Virus record (IMG/VR): IMGVR_UViG_3300025122_000005
Coordinates: 64,001-128,000 of that record
Reading direction: 5' to 3' (one strand)
DNA from: a virus
Length of the DNA: 64,000 bases
Both the position numbers and the translations under genes were made by a program. The notes under the pieces are model-generated. The model saw only the letters and a program-made list of their open reading frames with translations. It ran no database searches and was not told the origin of the DNA. Position 1 is the stretch's first letter. Every line of letters starts with the position of its first letter. Below are positions 1-8,856 of the stretch, piece after piece.

Positions 1-2
1 CC

Positions 3-1604
3 GTGATAATTACAAAAAACAATATTCAAAGTTTAGTGGAAAACTTAACCCTTGAAGTCCTGAGTGAAGAAGAAGAAGCCCCAATTCAAAAAATGGATGA
101 ATTGTTTGGCATTGGTTCAAAATCCAAAATGGATAAAGCCGTGGCAGACTCCGAAGCCGAAGAAAAGGGTGCTGAAAGATACCCATTCATGAAAGACTTC
201 TTAAAAACCGGGGACGCATCAGCCCTTAAGAAGAATAAACAAGAAGTTGTTAATCTGGTAGCGGAACTGATTAATGGCATCGATATGTCTCTTAGTGAAC
301 TGGCAGATCTAGAAAGGAGAGACAAGGAAGAACGCGAAAAAAGAGAACGCGACCAGAAATTCAGCCCAGGGCAACCTAGTCCAGGACAATCTAGCCCAGG
401 TCAATCCCGTACAGAGCCAGAACCAAAGTTGGGAGACGCGATTAATGATAAAGGTGAAGAAATAAAACCTGGTGAAGAAGCAAAACCTGGCGAAGAAGAA
501 AAAGAAGCCGCTGTTGATAAAGACGCGCCACTATCCGTGATGAGAAAACAAAAGAACATTAAGACAGGTGACGGTGCTACAGAAGAAACAATTGTCGGAA
601 AGCTAGAAAAGATGATTCCTGATCTTGGACAATCCGGAGCACAATTTCTTGCGAAATCAATTGCCAGTTATCTTAAAAAACGTGGATTACCTGTTGCTGA
701 ATCGAACATATTGAGCACTGCCAATCTTCTTTTGGCTGAAGCTACAAATATAAGCCTACCAGTACTTGAAGAGTTAAGCCCAGAAGCCGAGAAGCAGGCT
801 AGATCTGGAAGGGTTAAATCTTTTACGGCCGGGATTCGCAGAAACTTAAGCAAGAATCTTGCTGACGATCCCAAAAAACAAAAGAAATTTCTTTATAAAG
901 TGATTAATCTTTCAAAACAAGGGCGTAGCGGTCTTGAACAACTTAACCAAAATCTTGGTAGTCAGTTAAATGATGAGGAAATCGCCTCTGCAGCTGGGAA
1001 GTTGCAAAAGTGGGCGACCGATGCTTTAAGTACCTGGGGCAAAGAAGGGCACGCTTCAGGAGATTCCTTCCGCGATTTACAAGCAAATATGCAAACAAAC
1101 ATTAAAAACATTAAAGCAGCTGCAAAGGACATGGACCCACTTGGGAAGGTGATCGCTCGATCTCTTGCATCGAATTACGGAAATGCAGCAAAAAATCCGG
1201 GTCTCGCGACGTTATTGTCTGATCCTAAAGGTATCGCGGGAATTAGCGCATCAATTAAACAATTGTTGCAAAAGCAATTACAACTTCGTGGAAAAGACAC
1301 TGCAGATATCCAGAATCTCATGGAACAGCTAACAATTGTTATGGGTAGTCTTTTGAAAGAAGGCGTATGGGATATAAACACGGGCGATATCGTAAAATAT
1401 AAAGAAGAACATGTCCCGAGTGACCCAGCCAAGCCTGAATATACAGAAAAGTGGGCTGCGGCTAACCTCATAGGAGGTAAAGTTGTGAGTATTAGCCGAG
1501 CCGCGAAAGGCAGAGGTGTAAATGTAGATGTTCAGTGGAACCTAGGTGGCAAGCGTATAAGCCGTATGGCTGATACAAACGCGCTTGTAAAAAAGCGGAA
1601 ATAG
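3..1604 (+). CDS. Hypothetical acidic phage protein, possibly virion-internal (start at window edge may be incomplete)
   Basis: 533-aa ORF; short SPGQ and KPGEE repeats; shares DE(L/F)FGIGSKSKMxKAVAD with 2353..3444. Confidence 0.6.
   Translation: MIITKNNIQSLVENLTLEVLSEEEEAPIQKMDELFGIGSKSKMDKAVADSEAEEKGAERYPFMKDFLKTGDASALKKNKQEVVNLVAELINGIDMSLSELADLERRDKEEREKRERDQKFSPGQPSPGQSSPGQSRTEPEPKLGDAINDKGEEIKPGEEAKPGEEEKEAAVDKDAPLSVMRKQKNIKTGDGATEETIVGKLEKMIPDLGQSGAQFLAKSIASYLKKRGLPVAESNILSTANLLLAEATNISLPVLEELSPEAEKQARSGRVKSFTAGIRRNLSKNLADDPKKQKKFLYKVINLSKQGRSGLEQLNQNLGSQLNDEEIASAAGKLQKWATDALSTWGKEGHASGDSFRDLQANMQTNIKNIKAAAKDMDPLGKVIARSLASNYGNAAKNPGLATLLSDPKGIAGISASIKQLLQKQLQLRGKDTADIQNLMEQLTIVMGSLLKEGVWDINTGDIVKYKEEHVPSDPAKPEYTEKWAAANLIGGKVVSISRAAKGRGVNVDVQWNLGGKRISRMADTNALVKKRK
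96..149 (+). repeat. 54-bp direct repeat, copy 1 (copy 2 at 2668..2721)
   Basis: gatgaatt(g/c)tttggcattggttcaaaatccaaaatgg(a/c)taaagc(c/t)gtggcagac; 3 mismatches by eye. Confidence 0.9.
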
Positions 1605-1614
1605 AGGAGAAAAG

Positions 1615-1692
1615 ATGAAAATCAGTATGTCCAGATCACGTATTGCAGCTTCCTCTACTCCCACTCAACATGACGAGCCTCTTGACATATAG
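1615..1692 (+). CDS. Small 25-aa ORF (MKISMSRSRIAASSTPTQHDEPLDI)
   Basis: GAGGAG RBS upstream of ATG; fills the intergenic gap; not in ORF track. Confidence 0.35.
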   Translation: MKISMSRSRIAASSTPTQHDEPLDI

Positions 1693-2048
1693 TGTTTAAA
1701 ATAATTGCCACTGCTGTTTTAAGCGTTGCTTTATTATCTCCTGTATGTTCCACTAAAAAAGTATTTGAAGAAAAAATTAAAAGTCCAAAACAAACATATG
1801 TCGTCTTTGGGGCAGATTGGTGTGAACCGTGTGTTAAACTTAAAAGACTTCTTAAAGAGGTGGAAATTGCAAAAAAGATTGTTTTCCTCGACGCTTCCAA
1901 GCCTTGGGTGGCTGATATACTGACAAAACTTGAATATCGTGGGATCCCATACACTGTTGTATATAAAGATGGGAAGCCAACTGGGGTGGTCCGGTTCGGT
2001 TTACCAGATTCTTTAATATTTCTTATTGCCAACGTTGATCCTAGCTGA
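1692..2048 (+). CDS. Thioredoxin-fold protein with N-terminal signal/hydrophobic segment
   Basis: FGADWCEPC CxxC motif; cis-Pro-like GIPY motif. Confidence 0.8.
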   Translation: MFKIIATAVLSVALLSPVCSTKKVFEEKIKSPKQTYVVFGADWCEPCVKLKRLLKEVEIAKKIVFLDASKPWVADILTKLEYRGIPYTVVYKDGKPTGVVRFGLPDSLIFLIANVDPS

Positions 2049-2073
2049 TACTTAATACTAGGAGGGTCAAACT

Positions 2074-2319
2074 ATGAAAAAAATTATGTATATTATTATG
2101 TTACTAATGTTTGTTAGTTGTTCTGTTGCCGCGAAAGGAGAGGATGTTAAGATAAAGTTTTATAACTTCGAGGATCTCTTAATCGATGGAAAAGTCAAAA
2201 AGCCTCAAGTACTCTACACCGATGCCAGACAGAAGGTGAAGTTTAACCGACTACTTAAGCTTAAAAAGGATCTTATACCAAGATTAAAGGGAACAAAAAA
2301 AGATGCAACATTGAGATAA
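2074..2319 (+). CDS. Small secreted protein resembling myxobacterial gliding protein CglF/GltF
   Basis: Signal peptide then YNFEDLLIDGKVKKPQVLYTDARQKVKFNRLLKLKKDLIP, matching my recollection of the CglF pattern YDFxDxxIEGxLxKP...AR.K..(H/F)..LI.IR.DF; RBS ggagg. Confidence 0.55.
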   Translation: MKKIMYIIMLLMFVSCSVAAKGEDVKIKFYNFEDLLIDGKVKKPQVLYTDARQKVKFNRLLKLKKDLIPRLKGTKKDATLR

Positions 2320-2352
2320 TGACTAATTACAAGTAAAGGAAGGTGTTTTTGT

Positions 2353-3444
2353 ATGTTAATAAAAATCAATAAAAAACTGATAACAGAAAGAAAGAGGAGA
2401 ATCTCTTCTGCAAGGTCTGTTAAAATAAATATTAATAAAAAGATGTTGAAGGAGGCGAAGAACGCTTTGGACAATTTGTCAATTGCGTCCATTGATCATG
2501 AATCCAAGAATGTATATCTTTTTGAATCAAACGGCATCACAAAAACTAGTTTTAAAAGTCTTTTAGAATCGATTGATTCGAAAGAGCGCACACTAGAAGA
2601 AGCGATCCTTCTTTGGGAAAAGAATGCAATTTACCAATTAGACGAGGTTCTGCCTTTTTCTAGAATAGATGAATTCTTTGGCATTGGTTCAAAATCCAAA
2701 ATGGCTAAAGCTGTGGCAGACGTGGAATCCGGTGTCGATCCGAAAGGAAGTGCCTGGTCTGCAGTTAATTCAATTAGCGAGGCTGTTATCATGCTTTTAA
2801 TTCAGGGAAAAGATTTAATATTAAGAGCAATCCGAGGAGGTATAAGACTTTTTGCAAAAATTTTGAAACCTGTGATAGGTATTGTACGTAAAATCGTTGG
2901 GGTAGTTGGAAAATTTTGTTCGAAACATAAATTCTTGTGTAAAGTTGTGCTAGCAACATCTGTGATGTTGATTGTTTTTATGGCGATGGCTTTATTCGCT
3001 GCTGAAGCGCAAGCAAAAGTCACTTGGAAAGGACACTTACTTGACCAATCTATGGTGGATATGCTTAAAGGTGCAGTACACGATATGTCAACTCTTGGCG
3101 GTGATGTCGGTCCAGGGACCGGCCGTATGGAGATGGGAATGAAAGAAGCTATAGACGCTGCGACGTGGATAGACAAAGCCAATGCTAGTACCAATATGAT
3201 AGAGTTACAAGGATCAAAAGAAGCAGGCGGCGAAGTAATGAGCAAAATATTCCAGAAAATACTTAATGTACGCGAAGAATTAAAGACCTCGACGGATGGA
3301 TCCGCAGACGCATTCGGTGAAATATTGAATAAATGGACAGAACAAGGCAAAGGACTAATAGGACGTTACGAAGAAATAATTATTAAATATAAAGGCGGAG
3401 GAGGGTCTAGTTCTTTGTCGGGTGGTTGGAGCAGGGTAAAATAA
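2353..3444 (+). CDS. Hypothetical protein with hydrophobic segment
   Basis: 363-aa ORF; hydrophobic VVLATSVMLIVFMAMALFAA; shared repeat with first ORF. Confidence 0.6.
   Translation: MLIKINKKLITERKRRISSARSVKININKKMLKEAKNALDNLSIASIDHESKNVYLFESNGITKTSFKSLLESIDSKERTLEEAILLWEKNAIYQLDEVLPFSRIDEFFGIGSKSKMAKAVADVESGVDPKGSAWSAVNSISEAVIMLLIQGKDLILRAIRGGIRLFAKILKPVIGIVRKIVGVVGKFCSKHKFLCKVVLATSVMLIVFMAMALFAAEAQAKVTWKGHLLDQSMVDMLKGAVHDMSTLGGDVGPGTGRMEMGMKEAIDAATWIDKANASTNMIELQGSKEAGGEVMSKIFQKILNVREELKTSTDGSADAFGEILNKWTEQGKGLIGRYEEIIIKYKGGGGSSSLSGGWSRVK
2668..2721 (+). repeat. 54-bp direct repeat, copy 2
   Basis: See 96..149. Confidence 0.9.
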
Positions 3445-3482
3445 GTAAAAGAGTTTAAACATTATATAATTTAAGGTAGAAT

Positions 3483-3692
3483 TTGATTATGTGTATAATA
3501 TGTATTGACCTAGAAAAAGAAAGACTCTCCACCCAGGAAGCATTTAGAAACTTAAATGAAATGTATGACTCTCTAGAAGAGGAGCATGTAAAAGAAGTAG
3601 TAGAAATATTATTTGAAAGACTCCATTCCAGAATGAACGACGAAGATGAAGAATCAGATCTCTGGGATGGTCTGGGAAATTTCATATTTTGA
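3483..3692 (+). CDS. Small acidic hypothetical protein
   Basis: 69-aa ORF tiling between neighbours. Confidence 0.55.
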   Translation: MIMCIICIDLEKERLSTQEAFRNLNEMYDSLEEEHVKEVVEILFERLHSRMNDEDEESDLWDGLGNFIF

Positions 3693-3693
3693 T

Positions 3694-4179
3694 ATGTGCG
3701 ACCTGCTAAGATTAGATTGGATATCCGGATCCGGAAAGAAAACTAATTTTGAAGAAATAATTAAAATTTCAAAACATTCTATCAAAAAAGGTTCAAAAGT
3801 TTTCATTGGATCTGACTCCTTTATAACAAAAAAGAAAGTTAATTTTGCAACCGCCATCTGTCTTTACGGTGGTGGTGCTTCTAGCAGGTATTTTTTTGCT
3901 CGTGAACACCTACCGGAAAACAACTTTAAAGTATTAGTAACCAGGATAACGGAAGAAGTTAGAAGATCCGTGGATTTAGCAGAGCATATTATGACAAACC
4001 ACAATATAAAATCTGACAATATAGAATTGCATATTGACGTTTCTCCGTTTTACATGAAAAACGGCACTTCTAAGTTCTGCGATATGTTAAGAGGATATGT
4101 AACCGGGGCCGGGTTCGAATGTCGCGTTAAACCGCAAGCCTGGGCGTCACAGTCCGTTGCTGACAAGCACTCCAAGTGA
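3694..4179 (+). CDS. RNase H-like YkuK (DUF458) family protein
   Basis: VFIGSDS ... EEVRRSV ... IELHIDV ... VKPQAWASQSVADKH; start moved to ATG 3694 to avoid long overlap. Confidence 0.75.
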   Translation: MCDLLRLDWISGSGKKTNFEEIIKISKHSIKKGSKVFIGSDSFITKKKVNFATAICLYGGGASSRYFFAREHLPENNFKVLVTRITEEVRRSVDLAEHIMTNHNIKSDNIELHIDVSPFYMKNGTSKFCDMLRGYVTGAGFECRVKPQAWASQSVADKHSK

Positions 4180-4487
4180 CAAATTTAGAATTTAATCATA
4201 TTTCGTACTCAATTTCGTATAAAGAGCTGGTTTCTATGTGGGTTGATCTGTATTTCGGTACGGAAAATATTGTAGTTATTTATGATCCTGTAAATCACAT
4301 AAAGTATTTAAGGAATTTGGACATTGAACTAGACGAAATAAACCTCTATGAAGGTAAGATTTTAGCAGTACACGTAGTTGATGTTGCTGATGCTATTTTG
4401 CTGTGTGGGGAGATAGATCACACGTGTGGTCCATATGCTGAAGTGTGGTCAATGGGAGAATATATAACTGATAATATTGAAAAATAA
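4176..4487 (+). CDS. Hypothetical protein
   Basis: 103-aa ORF, GTGA overlap with upstream stop. Confidence 0.55.
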   Translation: MTNLEFNHISYSISYKELVSMWVDLYFGTENIVVIYDPVNHIKYLRNLDIELDEINLYEGKILAVHVVDVADAILLCGEIDHTCGPYAEVWSMGEYITDNIEK

Positions 4488-4560
4488 ATTAAAGTCTTTT
4501 AAATATTTTTGGTAATATGTACGTCTTGTTGGTAAATTTTCAACCAACAAGGAGTACATT

Positions 4561-4647
4561 ATGGATCCTGCAATAGTGTTTCTTGGACTGTCATGTGGTA
4601 TCATTTATTTAACATACCACATAACTAAAGAGGAGTCTGAAAAGTGA
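4561..4647 (+). CDS. 28-aa single-TM peptide (MDPAIVFLGLSCGIIYLTYHITKEESEK)
   Basis: AAGGAG RBS; hydrophobic stretch; not in ORF track. Confidence 0.45.
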   Translation: MDPAIVFLGLSCGIIYLTYHITKEESEK

Positions 4648-4677
4648 GAATTCTAATTACCATAGGAGGAAAAACAA

Positions 4678-4851
4678 ATGAATGAATTTATAAATTGGAT
4701 ATTAAACAAGGTTCAAAGAGAGTCGCAAGAAGAGTGGACACCCGAACCACTGCACCTAGAAGAAAACATTCGTCCAGAGGATTTGCCACCAAACGATGGA
4801 CCCTTCCCCAAGCCCCTACCCAACAAAAGAGTGATTATAATAGACATTTAA
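4678..4851 (+). CDS. 57-aa hypothetical protein (MNEFINWILNKVQRESQEEW...RVIIIDI)
   Basis: AGGAGG RBS; occupies the region the ORF track assigned as N-terminal extension of the next gene. Confidence 0.6.
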   Translation: MNEFINWILNKVQRESQEEWTPEPLHLEENIRPEDLPPNDGPFPKPLPNKRVIIIDI

Positions 4852-4868
4852 GACTATTTATTAATAAC

Positions 4869-5696
4869 ATGACCAACTTTAGCAAAATTTGGAAGAGCCA
4901 CTTGCAAGAAGACGGATTTGATTCATCTAAGTTGGTGGTTCATGAAGTTTTAAATTCAAAATTTTGGGAAAAAGGCAAACTCAAACCAGAAGTATCAGAA
5001 AAATTAATGGAAATAGCGCAAGATTTTCATGATTTACTAAAATCTGAGATACCAAGCATACCAGATTTTGACAATGTGACGTTCACTGGGTCTCTAGCTA
5101 GCTATAACTACCACAATTTATCAGATATTGACCTTCATGTGCTTATTGATTTCGGAAATCTTGAAGATGGAGGTGAGATTTTAGAAAAATATTTCACAGC
5201 AAAGCGCATTCAGTGGAACAAAACTCATAAAATCATGATTTTTGACCACGAAGTAGAGATTTACATACAAGATACCAACGAAGAGCACTTTGCTAATGGT
5301 GTTTACTCTATTTTAACACAAGATTGGATCGATATGCCCATAAAAGAGAAGGTAGATATTGACCTTGAAGGCACCAAAAAGAAATATAATGCCATTTCTA
5401 AGGAAATTAAAGAGCTTTCTTCGATGTTTGAGGATAAAAAATTCAAAGAAGTGTATGATTACTCTGTTCAGCTTAAAGATAAGATCAAAAGAATGCGTCA
5501 ATCCGGGTTAGAAGACGAAGGAACCTACTCTAACGAGAATTTGGCGTTTAAAATGTTGCGAATTAATGACGAATTAGGCACCTTGAGCAGTCTTAAGATC
5601 GCGGCCTACGATAATATGAAGTCTTTGGACCAAAAGTCAGTATCGAATATCAATATTGCAGAGAATTGGTGGAGATTTCTTGGCGTTCGTACCTAA
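4869..5696 (+). CDS. Pol-beta superfamily nucleotidyltransferase with leader-like N-terminus
   Basis: FTGSLASYNY...SDIDLHV (GS + DxD) and third Asp/Glu region VEIYIQD; start MTNFSKIWKSHLQE. Confidence 0.8.
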   Translation: MTNFSKIWKSHLQEDGFDSSKLVVHEVLNSKFWEKGKLKPEVSEKLMEIAQDFHDLLKSEIPSIPDFDNVTFTGSLASYNYHNLSDIDLHVLIDFGNLEDGGEILEKYFTAKRIQWNKTHKIMIFDHEVEIYIQDTNEEHFANGVYSILTQDWIDMPIKEKVDIDLEGTKKKYNAISKEIKELSSMFEDKKFKEVYDYSVQLKDKIKRMRQSGLEDEGTYSNENLAFKMLRINDELGTLSSLKIAAYDNMKSLDQKSVSNINIAENWWRFLGVRT

Positions 5697-5707
5697 TTCT
5701 CTTTGAA

Positions 5708-6052
5708 ATGGAAAAATATAAAGCAAAATTGATCAGAATTGTCGATGGAGACACCATTGACGCTGAAATCGATGTCGGTTTCGACGTTTTTGTCCGAAAA
5801 CGCATACGATTATGGGGAATTAACGCCCCTGAGACGCGCTCCAGAGATAAAGATGAAGTTAAGGCTGGAAAAGACACTTACAGGCGGCTCGCGGCAATTC
5901 TGGCACTCTCAAACGGAGAATTTGAGCTTATTACGCACGGGGACGGCAAATATGGACGGTGTTTGGGCGAAATATTTGTAAAAGAGCACACTGAAAGCGT
6001 TAACCAGGTCCTAATTAATGAAGGGCTAGCCAAAATATACGAGGAAAAGTGA
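5708..6052 (+). CDS. Thermonuclease (SNase) family nuclease
   Basis: IVDGDTIDA, RIRLWGINAPE, GKYGRCLG, NQVLINEGLA. Confidence 0.9.
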   Translation: MEKYKAKLIRIVDGDTIDAEIDVGFDVFVRKRIRLWGINAPETRSRDKDEVKAGKDTYRRLAAILALSNGEFELITHGDGKYGRCLGEIFVKEHTESVNQVLINEGLAKIYEEK

Positions 6053-6255
6053 AAATGCCTATAAAATCTAGTAAAAATAAAAGTTTAGAAGAGGAAATCG
6101 CAAATTATTTCCAGAATGAGTCTGTGGACTTCGCACAATCAGAAGTAGACGATTACTTAACGCGAAATGAAGACGAAGAAGAGGGAATGTTTGATGACGT
6201 TTCTACAGAAGATCTTTTAGACCCCGACTCTCCAGCTCCTTGGAATAATATTTAA
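6049..6255 (+). CDS. Small acidic hypothetical protein
   Basis: 68-aa ORF. Confidence 0.5.
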   Translation: MKMPIKSSKNKSLEEEIANYFQNESVDFAQSEVDDYLTRNEDEEEGMFDDVSTEDLLDPDSPAPWNNI

Positions 6256-6316
6256 AATAAGAATAATATTCAACTAGGAAATATGTTATCATTACATGAC
6301 TTTAAAGGAGTTAATA

Positions 6317-7315
6317 ATGATAGCCGATGTCGTCGTAGATCTTCAATACGGAGATTGTGGAAAAGGAAAAGTGTCCCACCATTTATGTAAGACAAATGAT
6401 TACACTCATGTTATACGCTATAACGGAGGATGTAACGCTGGTCACACCATCTACCACAATGGAGAGAAGTTTGTAACACACCACATACCTTGCGGGGTTT
6501 TCTTTGGAATACGATCAGTAATCGGTCCAGGATGTGTTGTGAATGTCAAGCAATTCCTTTCTGAAATAGAAGAATTGAATTCAAAAGGTATCGATACTGA
6601 TGGTTTGATATATATTGCCGCAACTGCACATATTATTACTGATTTTCATGTGGCACAAGATGGCCAGGATGAAATTATTGGTACCACAAAAAGGGGGAAC
6701 GGACCCGCATACAGAGATAAATACTCTCGTAAAGGACTGCGAGCCATTGATATGCCCGAATTATCACCTTATATAATCGACATGTACACTGAGATTCATG
6801 ACAATCTGGACTTTGATGAAGTCAAAATACTGTTTGAAGGAGCACAGGGGTTTGGATTAGACATTGATTGGGGAGATTACCCTTACGTAACTTCTTCTCA
6901 CTGCACAGTTGGTGGAGCAATATTGAATGGTGTCCCTCCGAAGGCAATTCGTGATGTCTGGGGAGTCGCTAAAGTGTACGAAACATATGTGGGTTCGAAA
7001 CTATTTGAAGGTGATGACCCAATATTCGCACAAATAAGAGAAATTGGAGAAGAATACGGTGCTACAACCGGTCGGCCACGACAAATTAACTGGATGGACT
7101 TCGATATGTTAAAAATGGCAATCAATATTAATGGAGTTAACAAGCTAGTTTTAAACAAAATGGATGTTTTGGATAAAGCGAAAAAATGGATGATCTATGA
7201 GGGTCTAAATATGTTTGAATTCACCAAATCTGAGGATATGCAGTACTGGATTAAAGAAATGCTTGAGAACAAAGAGATAGAAGTGGTATTTTCTGGGAAT
7301 AAAGAGCGCATTTAA
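6317..7315 (+). CDS. purA: Adenylosuccinate synthetase (short form)
   Basis: DLQYGDCGKGK, RYNGGCNAGHT, GTTKRGNGPAY, FEGAQG, GATTGRPR; AAGGAG RBS before ATG 6317. Confidence 0.95.
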   Translation: MIADVVVDLQYGDCGKGKVSHHLCKTNDYTHVIRYNGGCNAGHTIYHNGEKFVTHHIPCGVFFGIRSVIGPGCVVNVKQFLSEIEELNSKGIDTDGLIYIAATAHIITDFHVAQDGQDEIIGTTKRGNGPAYRDKYSRKGLRAIDMPELSPYIIDMYTEIHDNLDFDEVKILFEGAQGFGLDIDWGDYPYVTSSHCTVGGAILNGVPPKAIRDVWGVAKVYETYVGSKLFEGDDPIFAQIREIGEEYGATTGRPRQINWMDFDMLKMAININGVNKLVLNKMDVLDKAKKWMIYEGLNMFEFTKSEDMQYWIKEMLENKEIEVVFSGNKERI

Positions 7316-7345
7316 CCTAATTATCATATTGGTGTACCTTATCAT

Positions 7346-8851
7346 ATGAAAATTAATATTGACGATATTGAACCGGTTGCGCATGACTTAATGCGACATT
7401 GCCAACAGAAACTGGGGTTTAAGGACCCTCCAGGTCTATTTTTTGCCGAAGATGGCGAAAATGGTGATAAATTACTGGGTAAAACTGCTTATTACGACCC
7501 TTCCAACAAAGATGTTGTTGTTTTCACAACAAACAGGCATGGAAAAGATGTTTTGAGATCAATTGCACACGAACTAGTACATCATATGCAAAACTTAAGA
7601 GGGGACTTTGATACCGGATGTGAAACAACACCCGGATATGCCCAAGCGAATCCAAAACTTCGTAAAATGGAAGCAGAGGCTTATTTACTAGGAAACATGT
7701 TATTTAGAGATTGGGAAGATGGTCGTAAGTCCAAAAAATTACAAGAACAAAAGGAGAAGTTCACAATGAAGAAGAGCACGATAAAAAAGATGATTAAAGA
7801 AGAGATTATGAGGATCCTCAATGAGGATGTTAAGAATCCAATTGAGGAAGAGTGTGATGAGTGCCCGGATATACGGGAAATACAGCGACCCGACCCTAGG
7901 GTTGGCAATAAAGGTCTTAGTGCTCAACCACGAGAAGTCATACCGGCAGATGTCGAGACCGAATCACCGACCGGCATAGACCCGACGCTTGAGCCTGGAT
8001 ACGAGGCTTCGCAGAGGATGGGTCGTGATTGGGAGTTTGAGGCTGCCATCAAGGATATTCTCGCGCGGCGACAGCAGGGACTAGGAGAAAATTTCGGAGA
8101 CCCGCGTCCCGATGAAGAGGGTTTGCCACACCCATTTGAGACCCCAGAGGAATATGAGGAATATTTAAGAGTCGGCAAAGAAATGGAAGCTGAATACGCC
8201 GCCGCCGCTGCCGCCGCTGCCGCCGACGACCCTTCTGGCGGTCAGATGCCCGAATCGAAAGGATACCCAGACCCGAAACATGGACCAACTGAAGAATGGA
8301 AAAAACTAAGCCAGCTAAGAACTGAATTAATACAACAGGGGGCCCCACCCGCGAAGATCGACAAAGTTGAAAAAATGATGAGAGCTATAAACCCTAGAGG
8401 GGTCATGCGGACCCGAGCGTCGATAGGCGGTCCCCTAGGAGGTTTTGATGAAGGAATCGAAGAAGGCTGTGGAGATGATCCCGAAGAACTCGAAGAAGAC
8501 CTTAATGAGGGCGATTTCGATTCTGATGTATCACAGACACTCTTCACCGGCATCAAGAGTAGTCAAGGCGAAGCCGATGCAAAAAGAAGAAAAGAAGAAG
8601 AAGAAGAGGCAGCAAAGGCAGCAGAAGGAGAGGCTATTCGAAGAGCCGTCGGGGGCGGTATCTCTCAAGGCCAGCACGCGCATTCCCAAGCCACCGCCGC
8701 CAAAAAGAAGACCAAATATCGTGGCAGTTCCTACGCGAACGAATCAGCAACAGTTCGAACACCTGAGATAGAAAACGCACTTTATGAATCTCGTTTCACG
8801 AGTCGCGATACAAAATTGTTTAAAAAACTTGTTGGTAAGTGGACAAAATAA
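7346..8851 (+). CDS. Phage protein with N-terminal HExxH zincin-like domain and low-complexity acidic C-terminus
   Basis: LRSIAHELVHHMQ ... MEAEAY; poly-Ala and Glu-rich tracts. Confidence 0.6.
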   Translation: MKINIDDIEPVAHDLMRHCQQKLGFKDPPGLFFAEDGENGDKLLGKTAYYDPSNKDVVVFTTNRHGKDVLRSIAHELVHHMQNLRGDFDTGCETTPGYAQANPKLRKMEAEAYLLGNMLFRDWEDGRKSKKLQEQKEKFTMKKSTIKKMIKEEIMRILNEDVKNPIEEECDECPDIREIQRPDPRVGNKGLSAQPREVIPADVETESPTGIDPTLEPGYEASQRMGRDWEFEAAIKDILARRQQGLGENFGDPRPDEEGLPHPFETPEEYEEYLRVGKEMEAEYAAAAAAAAADDPSGGQMPESKGYPDPKHGPTEEWKKLSQLRTELIQQGAPPAKIDKVEKMMRAINPRGVMRTRASIGGPLGGFDEGIEEGCGDDPEELEEDLNEGDFDSDVSQTLFTGIKSSQGEADAKRRKEEEEEAAKAAEGEAIRRAVGGGISQGQHAHSQATAAKKKTKYRGSSYANESATVRTPEIENALYESRFTSRDTKLFKKLVGKWTK

Positions 8852-8856
8852 ACAAT

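Noticed and set aside
4695-4868. N-terminal extension of the nucleotidyltransferase
   Set aside because: Region is better explained by a separate RBS-led 57-aa ORF in another frame, and the leader motif marks ATG 4869
8198-8228. GCC/GCT poly-Ala microsatellite as a phase-variation tract
   Set aside because: Triplet repeat in a low-complexity linker; length changes would not shift frame
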